DNA of 64,000 nt from Eledone cirrhosa (lineage: Eukaryota), in assembly GCA_964016885.1 (NCBI GenBank), contig OZ024748.1, positions 18,290,001 through 18,354,000 of the forward strand, written 5' to 3'. The stretch's first letter is position 1, and the number at the start of each line of letters is the position of its first letter. The position numbers were made by a program, and so were the translations under genes. Shown here piece after piece: positions 54,001 through 64,000 of this stretch. The notes under the pieces were generated by a model. It ran no database searches. It saw only the letters and a list, made by a program, of their open reading frames with translations, and was not told where the DNA came from.

Positions 54001-57000
54001 ACACTGATCTCACACACGTGGTTATACACGGAACACATACTCTCTCTCTCTCTCCCGTACCATGTTACACACTCTCTATTTAACTTATTGTTTAGTTGTT
54101 TTTTTTTAAGGGACCAACGGAATGTCTTGCTACTGTTAAGAAGCTCTCTCTTATTTCATTTGGGATTAGGATGTCTTATCACTCACATGATTCTCAATCA
54201 CCGTCGCCACCACCACCAGCATGACCACCACCACCGCCACCATAATCACTACTAACATCGCCATCGCCATAATCACTATCATCGCCATCACCACTACCAT
54301 AATCACTACTACCATCATCATAACTAATAAAACGTGCGAAACAGACCTGCTGTTTTCACCCACCACCGTCACCAGCTACACCCACCCACAGACAACTTAA
54401 TCACACAGGATTATTAAATTGTGTGTATGTGTGTGTATATATATATATATGTGTGCGTGTATGTATGTGTGTTTGTGTATGTATGTATGCGCGTGTGTTA
54501 TGTATGTATATATGTGTATTATTTCAGTTTAATTGCAACGGCTCGTTTACTGTCTTATTCAAACTTAATACTTTAAAAAAAATTGTTAATGATAAAGTTT
54601 CTTAAACTAGAGAGGGAGAACGTGATAAAAACTGCAGTAGATGAGAGTATGAGTCTGGCTCCTCTGTGTTCAGACCTGGTGTACATGTATGTACATGTTT
54701 ACTGTCTTATCAAATAGGCATATTTATTCTCCATTGTTGTTGCTTTATTTCATTGAATCCCACATTTATATGAGGAAATGAGAAAGAAATGGTAGAGTAG
54801 AACAGAAATTAATCAACGAAAGAAAGGGAAAGTGGGGGAGGGAGTGACATACTCTATATCATGGTCTAATTAATTGTTAATTGTTGTTTTGCGTTAATGA
54901 TGTTTGTGTGGTGTGTTCTGTAGATATTTTATACTTAAACCCCTGAAACCGGCTCCCATCTGGTTCATTATACATAACTGTTTATTTTAAAGTGTTACAT
55001 TTATTTATCTAAAAACCTTCCATCTGGGTTTAAAGTAAGAACCTTTAAGTTATGCCCCAAACACCAGTTTAATAATTGTTTCTACTTTAGGCACAAGGCC
55101 AGCAAATTACCCAGTACATTACTGGTACTTTATTTTATCGACCCCGTAAGGATGAAAGGCAAAGTTAACCTCGGCGGGATTTGAACTCAGACTGTAAAGG
55201 GACGTAACTATGCTAGAAAGCATGGCGTCCAACCCTCTACCGATACTGCCAATTCACCACTAGTTTAATAATGAGAAAGTTAGTTATATTATTAAATCCT
55301 TTCAAATTGTTAATTGCAGGCAGCGTCTTTCATTAGAAATGTGGTAATCCTAAAGGGTTAGCTAAAGAAGTATTCGCACGCACGCACACACACACACACA
55401 CACCACACCACACACCACACACACACACCCACGCACACACCACACCACACACACACGCACCACACACACACACACACACACACCACACCACACACCCACG
55501 CACACACCACACCACACACCACACACACACGCACACACCACACCACACACCACACCACACACCACACACGCACCACACCACACACCACACCACACCACAC
55601 ACACACACACACACACACAGTGCCTGTGACATTTATATATTCACCTTTCCTTTGTCCCTTAACATTTTTTTATTTACTCTAATAACACTGTCATGTCACA
55701 CACACACTCTTGACTGGAGGGCCCACCTTTGTGTGTGAAGGCTTCTCTCAACACACACACATTCCATCTCCCTGCTGGGTCACCCCCTTTTAAATTGGAG
55801 TTAGGTCATGCCATTTTTTTTTATAATTTGCCAGATTATCTATCTATCTATCTATTTATCTATCTTATATAGATAGGTAGGTACACACACACACATATAT
55901 AGAGAGTGTGTATCGAGGGTTAGCCTGTGTTTTTACCTAATTAAAACAATGAGCCTCTTTTCCTGAGTCCTCTAACTTTAGCTGGTATAGGGTGTCACTT
56001 TAGTGTTGAGGTAGTGAAAAGAGATGTTATATATGATGTACTTTAGTGTTAGGGAGATGTAGTGGTTGACTGGTTGTTTGTGATATCCTGTAGTGGAGTG
56101 TGGTGTAGTTTAGTGTTGTGATGGTGGAGGTGGTATGTGATGTAGTTTTGTGTGGTGGTTGTTATGTAGGTTAGTGTTGTGGTGGTGATATAGTTTAGTG
56201 TTGTGGTGGTGATATAGTTTAGTGTTGTGGTGGTGATATAGTTTAGTGTTGTGGTGGTGGTATAATTTAGTGTTGTTGTGGAAGTGGTGGTGATATAGTT
56301 TAGTGTGGAGGTGGTGGTGCCTGCATGGGAAAATGGATGGTGGTGTAAAGTTAACATCATCACCTGATGAACACTGTGATCCAATAAACCACATTTGTGA
56401 ATTAACATGTAAGTGGCTGAGTATTCCTGTGTACACCTTTGAATTATAGGTACAGTCCATCTATCCAACTTCCTTGCAGCTTCAATCTACAGTTTCATTC
56501 ACAAGATCTGAATTGACCCAAGGCTATTAGTAAAGATACGTGAAGGCATGTGGCCTAGTGGTAAGGGTGTTGGACTTACGATCGTAATGTTGTAGGTTCG
56601 ATTCCTGGGCTGGGTTGCACGTTGTGTTCAGCAAAATCATTTCCTGTTGCTCAAGTATACTCAGCTTAAAATGAGTACCAACAATAGCTGAGTACCAGCA
56701 ATAGACTTCCCCTGGACAGAGCTGTGCTTTTGGTATCAGAAGGATTAAGAATTTTGAAGGATTTATTAAAATTATTTCATTTCTAAGATAGTAACTTAAT
56801 ATATGGTTCTTTTATAAAATTGTGTTGGAAGATTTTATTTTAAATAGTCTAAATAGCCTAAAGTCTGTCTTGAGCCTGGCTTCTGTGGTGTGAAGTGACA
56901 GAGTACAAGACTTCCCCCTGGACATGGCACCAGTCCATTGCAGGGTTAAATCCCCCACTTATTGCTGATACTCATTTCCATCTGAGTATACTGGAGCAAC

Positions 57001-60000
57001 GTGAAAATGAAATGTTTTGCTCAAGAACACAACATACAACCCAGTCCAGGAATCGAACACACAACATTATGATTGTAAATTCAACACCCTTACTATTAGG
57101 CCAAGTGCTTAAAGGAACCCTTTAAAATGGGTTTTGTCTTTTCTTTATAAAACTAGAGCTGGTTTTGGGCTGGGTTGATACCAAAAGTGTTAACCACTCA
57201 ACCATATGTGTGTTCACACCACCATCTTCATAATTTAATATTGGCTGAAGAAATGTTAGTATTCAGGATGCTACACTGGAATACAGCTGATTCATTTTCA
57301 GCTGACTGTTTGATTGTCTGACTAACATTTATTCCTGATGTACAATTTAAAGAACACATTCTTTATTCCTCATAATGAACAGAAGTATTGTTGTTGTTGT
57401 TGTCTAATAATATATGTTGGGTGGTGGTGGGAGTCAACTATATTGGTATTGAGGTGAGATTGAAATGGATGATGCAACAGCTACCATTTCCTCTGCTTGA
57501 GCAGAGAATAGCTTTGTGGGGCCCATATCAGGCTTTCGTGTGCAGCTGGAGCCCTTCCTGGCATCAACTCTTTTAGTCACCTCTTATGACATGAAGGGAT
57601 ATGGTGACAGCATATGGCTTAGTGGTTAGGTTACTGGACTCCTGATATTAATGTCATGGGTTCGATTACTGGATAGAGTGGCACATTGTGTCCTTAAGCA
57701 AGACACTTCATTTCATGTTGCTTTTTATGATATGTGGAGCCCTTATTAAAAACACCCAAGAAAACTATGAAAAAAAATATCTAAGCTAGATACACAAACT
57801 AATCATATTCATCATGCGGTCATTTTTTTAAGGCTATGTTTTACAGCCAGAAGCCCTTCCTGGCATCAATCCCTTTGGTTACCTCCTTCAACAGGCAGGG
57901 ATATTGTGTACCTATTCTAAACTGAATATAAACGCTAATCATATTTGATAGCTGGCCTCCTCTGAGGTTACATCTCAGAGGTGGCCAGGTTTCTTGGGTG
58001 TTTTAATAATAGGAACCTCAGACTTACCATGTTATAACTGTTACAACTCATACCTATGTAGGTTTAGTTAATCTCCTACAAGGTTATATTTCATAGGTTT
58101 CTTGGGTGTTTTAATAAGGGCTCCAGTTATATCATAAAAAGTAACATGAAATGAAATGCCTTGCTTAAGTGCACAATGTGCCAATCTATCCAGTAATCAA
58201 ACCCATGAAATTAATATCACAAGTCCAGTAACCTAACCACTAGGTCACGTGCTGTCACAACAGAAATAAACCTGTATATGAACATGGTGAGTCTGTGGTT
58301 GACAACAGATATTAGTTGACTTCGCTAACATTTGATATCTTGTATAAACAGAAATAGTTTAATTTAATCACTTAATCAAAGGGTAATAGTAATAATAATC
58401 TAACTTGGACTTTTGTTGTTCTAAAGGTGAGGTCTGCTGCTCAAATTTCACATTTTGGGGTCATATAGTCCATAAGTTAAAACAACAAAAAACAGCAACA
58501 AAAATTCATTGGCTCTAGTTTTCTTGTTACAACCATTGCTGGCACCTTGATATATATAGCACCTTATGTTGGCTGTACTTGGATATATAGTACTCTAGGC
58601 TGGCTGTACCTGGATATATAGCACCTTACGTTGGCTGTACCTGGATATATAGTGCCCTAGGCTGGCTGTACCTGGATATATAGTACCTTACGTTGGCTGT
58701 ACCTGGATATATAGTGCCCTAGGCTGGCTGTACCTGGATATATAGTGCCCTAGGCTGGCTGTACCTGGATATATAGTACCCTAGGTTGGCTGTAGCTGGA
58801 TATATAGTACCTTACGTTGGCTGTACCTAGATATATAGTACCTTACGTTAGCTGTACCTGGATATATAGTACCTTACGTTGGCTGTACCTGGATATATAG
58901 TGCCTTATGTTAGCTGTACCTAGATATATAGTACCCTAGGCTGGCTGTACCTAGATATATAGTACCCTAGGCTGTCTGTACCTGGATATATAGTACTCTA
59001 GGCTGGCTGTACCTGGATATATAGTACCCTAGGCTGGCTGTAGCTGGATATATAGTACCTTAAGTTAGCTGTAGCTGGATATATAGTACCTTACGTTAGC
59101 TGTAGCTGGATATATAGTACCTTACGTTAGCTGTAGCTGGATATATAGTACCTTACGTTAGCTGTAGCTGGATATATAGTACCTTATGTTGGCTGTACCT
59201 GGATATATAGTACCTTACGTTGGCTGTACCTGGATATATAGTACTCTAGGTTGGCTGTACCTGGATATATAGTACCCTAGGCTGGCTGTACCTGGATATA
59301 TAGCACCTTACGTTAGCTGTACCTGGATATATAGTGCCTTATGTTAGCTGTACCTAGATATATAGTACCCTAGGTTGGCTGTACCTGGATATATAGTACC
59401 CTAGGCTGGCTGTACCTGGATATATAGTACCCTAGGCTGGCTGTACCTGGATATATAGCACCTTACGTTAGCTGTACCTGGATATATAGTACCTTACGTT
59501 AGCTGTACCTGGATATATAGTGCCTTACGTTGGCTGTACCTGGATATATAGTACCTTACGTTGGCTGTACCTGGATATATAGTACCTTACGTTGGCTGTA
59601 CCTGGATATATAGTACCTTACGTTGGCTGTACCTGGATATATAGTACCTTACGTTGGCTGTACCTGGATATATAGTACCTTAAGTTAGCTGTACCTGGAT
59701 ATATAGTACCTTAGGTTAGCTGTACCTGGATATATAGTACCTTAGGTTAGCTGTACCTGGATATAAAATACCTTAGATTAGCTGTACCTGGATATATAGT
59801 ACCTTAGGTTAGCTGTACCTGGATATATAGTACCTTAGGTTAGCTGTACCTGGATATATAGCACCTTACATTAGCTGTACCTGGATATATAGCACCTTAC
59901 ATTAGCTGTACCTGGATATATAGCACCTTACGCTAACCCCAAAACAATCACCAAACAGGGTGTACTGGGTACTTTTTCTTGTCACCATCACAACCCCCCA

Positions 60001-63000
60001 AATTGATTAAACAAATTTTTGATGGCTTATAATTCAGTAATGCACTCCTGTGATATGGCGTTAGGTGGCTTCCTAGTTGTCTTACTGGTAGCACCAGCCC
60101 TGATAACAGCTCGCATCTAACTAGGTTTAGCTGACCACATATAAGGTTCTTGGATGTTTACTTTTGTTACAATATTTCTAATGAAATACACTGCCATTCT
60201 GTTTCAATAAATTTTGAAAATACTGAAGAATTTGGAGGGATTTAGCAATGTAGCTTAACTTTATTATTAATTTGGTGGAACATTGTTTAACCCTTTTGAT
60301 ACAAAAGTGGAGGCACAACACCTCGTGGTAAGGGTGTTGGACTTACAATTATAATGTTGTGTGTTTGATTCCTGGACTGGGTTGTGTGTTGTGTTCTTGA
60401 GCAAAACACTTCATTTCTCATTGTTCCAGTATACTCAGCTAAAAATAAGTACTAGCAGTAGCTAGGGGTTTGACCCTGCAGTGAACTGGTGTCCAAGGGG
60501 AAGTCTTGTACTCTGTTACTTCACACCACGAAAACCAGGATAAGTACCAACCTGATGAACCTCTGAGCTCAAGACAGTTTTTTGGATATGAAGCTGCCTC
60601 TTATCCAACAATACAAAATTATTTATTTCAGTGTTTGATATTTATCTAAAGAACCTTTGTTCTAAACAACAGCTTGATAATGAAAGTTATATTACTAAAT
60701 CTCTCGCAATAATTATTTGAAAACCGTAGGCAGTTTTTTTTTATTATTTTATGTTAGAAATATGGTAACAAAAGAGTTATAGTTTACTTATTTGTTACCA
60801 TATTTCTAATAAAAGACACTACCTATGTCATTAACCCTTTCATTACTATCATAACTATAATAAAGGGAGGAGTGTAGGACTGCGTCCCAAATATATTTTT
60901 TTATCCCGTTAGTAAAATAAGTTGGATTACTTTGAATAAATAATTGTTTCTACTTTTAGCACAAGGCCAGCAATTATCCCAGTGTATTACTGGTACTTTA
61001 TTTTATCGACCCTGTAAGGATGAAAGGCAAAATTAACCTCGGCGGGATTTGAACTCAGTCCGTAAAGGGATGTAACTGTGTTGTAAAGCATGGCGTCCGA
61101 CCCTCTACCGATACTGCCAATCCACCGCCATATAATCCACTGTGAATAAATAATTGTTTCTACTTTAGGCACAAGGCCAGCAATTACCCAGTGCATTACT
61201 GGTACTTTATTTTATCGACCCCGTAAGGATGAAAGGCAAAGTCAACCTTGGCGGGATTTGAACTCAGATCGTAAAGGGACGTAACTATGCTGGAAAGCAT
61301 GGCGTCCGATCCTCTACCGATACTGCCAATCCACTTTGAATAAATAATGAATGAATATTACATAATTTATGTACTAAATTTCGTAGCTGTTGATTAAACA
61401 TAAATATTCTTATATATAATGATTGCTTATTTTAAGATTCACTTCTTTTAAAATTTTCAAATGTCTATACTTCCGGTTAGCGTCCGTTATATCATAACAC
61501 TTATTATACATTGCTTATATAAACATCCATATATTTGCATCGTTATATAAGGTTTCATTACATTTCACCGTAATGCAGTTTATATATAATATTGTCTTTT
61601 TTAAATGTATCATGGATTACTTTATTGATTATAGAAGAGAGTGTAACACAGTCTCTCTTCAATTTCTGTGCATATTGTCAATTTTATTTGACGTATCATA
61701 TCTACATGCATGTATATTTGTATATAATATAAATATACACACTACACATACTAACAGAAAACCACTCTAAGGGTGGTTTTTCTGCTATTATTTCCAATAA
61801 AAGATGCTACCTATGTCATTAACCCTTTCATTATCATATTTCTAATAAAAGACACTACTTACCATATTCCAAGAATTGGGGGAATTTAGTAATATAACTT
61901 CTTCATTGTTAAGTTGGTTTTTGGAATATAACTTAAGAAAGGTTCTTACATAGGATTATGATGGAAGGTTTTTATATAAATACGCCAAAACTACACCTGA
62001 TGTACCCCTTCCATGCACATGCACACGTGTGTATCATGACTCGTGCGCTGTTCATTTTACTGATGTTTGTGCATTGCCCTATGTACTGTACATGCACTTT
62101 TTTTGATGAGTTGTGGTGCACCTGGGCACTGTACACAATATTTCATTATTGTTATTATATCATGACTCGTACACTGTTCATTTTCCTGACATTTGTACAT
62201 TATTCTATGTACTATACATGCACCTTTGATGAGTTGTAGTGCACCTGAGCACTGTACACAATAATTTCATTATTATTATTATATAAACAGTTTTGTATTG
62301 TAGAACCAGGGGCAGTTTCAGATGGTTTGGTTTCAAAAGGGTTATAGTTAAATATTTTGTTTACTAAATTAATTGAAATGGTGTTCCTCCGAAGGGTGTT
62401 TGGAGTAACATTACTCACTAGAGTGTATAGTTCTGAGATAAGGGAGTCACTCCAGGTAGAGCAATTACTTCTTTGAATTGAGAGATCACAGCCTAGATAT
62501 TATGGATATGTGGTTAGAATGTCTCAGGAAAGAATCACTGGACAGATTTTACAGGCAAAAACCAACCAACAGGAGACTCAGGGGTAGCCCCCAAGCAAGA
62601 TGGTTGGATAATAAACATCCTTGAGCTTGGCTGGTCTCACTTGGGGATCAATTGGAGACAGTTGCTTCTGACAGGACCTGCTGGAAGGTGTGTTTGAGGA
62701 CTCTGCTCCCCACAATCCTCCCTGGAATAAATGTGGGAAGAAAAATTGTTAACGTAACCCATGATAAGATAGGAAGTGTTTTTGCTGATATCATGTGGTG
62801 ATGTAATACATGTAATGTGTCAATAATTTTAGCTGAGAGACTAACATATTTGTAGATGTCATTAAGATAATTATTGTTACTTAGCTTTTTGATAATGATA
62901 ACCGTGTTAGAAATTAGATTAAATTAAATTACTAATTCTCTCTTTCTCTCTCTCCAAATATTACTGGTTTACTTACTGCTGTTTGCTATCACTAATACAA

Positions 63001-63458
63001 CTACAATAACTACAACTATTACAATAATTACTGCTAGTACTATTATTTACTACTACTGTTGCTACTACAAATATTACTACGATAACTACTACTATTATAA
63101 TAACTGCTACAATAACTACTACTGCTACTACTGCCACTGCTGTCATGGTACCATACTCCTATAACCATGGCTCCCTTTAAGCCACTCATTGTGGAAACTT
63201 TCCTTAACTCCAGCTGGTTCTACTTCAGTAATGTCTTTTGTTTTTGTTTTAACAGGGAGGTCAGAAACGACATCATCATCATCTTCATCTTCTCAATTGG
63301 TTCCTCCTCTTTCTTCAAATGAACTTCCTCTTCCATACACCCCAACGCCCCAGGGTGGTATACCGATGATCAACTGCAAGGTTTGCCAGGCAATGATAAA
63401 TATTGAGGGCAAACTTCACCAACATGTTGTCAAATGTAGCGTTTGTCATGAAGCCACT
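47962..63458 (+). CDS. TMEM55: TMEM55/PIP4P family (phosphatidylinositol-4,5-bisphosphate 4-phosphatase-like) gene, 3'-partial: join 47962-48067,63256-63458
   Basis: Exon 1 ends in phase 1 and exon 2 begins in the matching phase (G+GG=Gly) across a 15.2 kb GT-AG intron; both exons resemble the N-terminus of PIP4P1/PIP4P2. Confidence 0.88.
57604..58258. repeat. Inverted duplication (about 170-bp arms: 57604-57772 / 58089-58258)
   Basis: SINE head plus adjoining non-SINE sequence present in both orientations. Confidence 0.85.
58545..59933. repeat. 31-bp minisatellite (ctgtacctggatatatagtaccttacgttgg), about 45 copies
   Basis: Exact 31-bp period with block-wise variants. Confidence 0.97.
60309..60577 (+). 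mobile_element. tRNA-derived SINE family C (copies at about 56541-56700 + and 56864-57110 -)
   Basis: tRNA-like head, CTTGAGCAAAACACTT core, then ccctgcagtgaactggtgtccaagggg block reminiscent of V-domain SINEs. Confidence 0.6.
60941..61335 (-). mobile_element. Tandem pair of family-A SINEs
   Basis: Two copies delimited by repeated act(t/g)tgaataaataat. Confidence 0.8.
61819..62345. mobile_element. Second TTAACCCTTT-ended MITE family (fragments also at about 26330-26820, 27370-27840, 35150-35410, 36200-36425, 60160-60860)
   Basis: Recurrent ttaaccctttcattaccatatttct...aaagggtta ends and shared AT-rich interior; this copy carries an internal ~127-bp direct duplication at about 62032-62283. 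Confidence 0.5.
63256..63458 (+). CDS. TMEM55: TMEM55 exon 2: RSETTSSSSSSSQLVPPLSSNELPLPYTPTPQGGIPMINCKVCQAMINIEGKLHQHVVKCSVCHEAT
   Basis: ttaacag| acceptor, ACT|gtgagt donor; INCxVCQ..I...GKLHQHVVKCxVCxEAT is the first pair of CxxC motifs of TMEM55A/B. Confidence 0.95.
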
Positions 63459-63550
63459 GTGAGTACCACGTTTTTACTACATGTTTGCTACTATTGTACT
63501 GTATTGTCATTTCATGTCTTATTACACTTTATCCATACAGTAGTAACTCG

Positions 63551-63777
63551 TCTCTAGCACCCTGTGTGCCACCCTCTCTAGCACCCTGTGTGCCACCCTC
63601 TCTAGCACCCTGTGTGCCACCCTCTCTAGCACCCTGTGTGCCACCCTCTCTAACACCCTTCCCTGCCACCCTCTCTAACACCCTTCCCTGCCATCCTCTC
63701 TAACACCCTTCCCTGCCACCCTCTCTAACACCCTTCCCTGCCATCCTCTCTAACACCCTTCCCTGCCATCCTCTCTA
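63551..63777. repeat. 24-bp tandem repeat (ctctctagcaccctgtgtgccacc and variant)
   Basis: About 9 copies, switching variant midway. Confidence 0.9.
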
Positions 63778-64000
63778 CATTTTACTACTGTTGTGTACTT
63801 TACTGTATTGACATGTTTTGCTATTACGTCTCCACTGCCGCCTGCTCCACCACTATTGTGTAGAGTATTGTCTGTAGACTAGTACCACATCAGCCCTACA
63901 CATCTATTATATATTGTCTTGTTTCTATATCCTCTCTATACAACAATATACCACAGCACTACCATCCTAATTAGTTATGTATTGTACTACACCCTCTCCA

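Noticed and set aside
58545-59933. CRISPR-like look of the 31-bp array (and of the 28-bp array at 5973-7031)
   Set aside because: Units are contiguous with no unique spacers, there are no cas genes, and the context is eukaryotic

Overview
Eukaryotic, AT-rich, microsatellite-dense animal DNA. The SINE and LINE repertoire looks like an octopod cephalopod, which is an inference from family resemblance. Two + strand spliced genes can be reconstructed by hand. (1) A mitochondrial pyruvate dehydrogenase kinase (PDK): ten coding exons at 11283-37187, all GT-AG with consistent phases; the first two exons were not found and probably lie upstream of the window. (2) The 5' end of a TMEM55/PIP4P lysosomal protein gene: exon 1 at 47962-48067 and exon 2 at 63256-63458, with a TCACGTGA CLEAR-type E-box about 60 bp before the ATG. 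Almost all ORFs in the supplied track are microsatellite artefacts. The rest is tRNA-derived SINEs, RTE- and Ingi/Vingi-like LINE ends, hAT, piggyBac-like and pogo-like MITEs, and minisatellites. The most notable unannotated signal is a dispersed set of minimal type-I hammerhead ribozyme folds. About six keep the core motifs and several more are decayed. Some sit inside inverted repeats or long fold-backs next to PDK exons, consistent with Penelope-like retroelement remnants. No ribozyme activity or expression can be shown from sequence alone.
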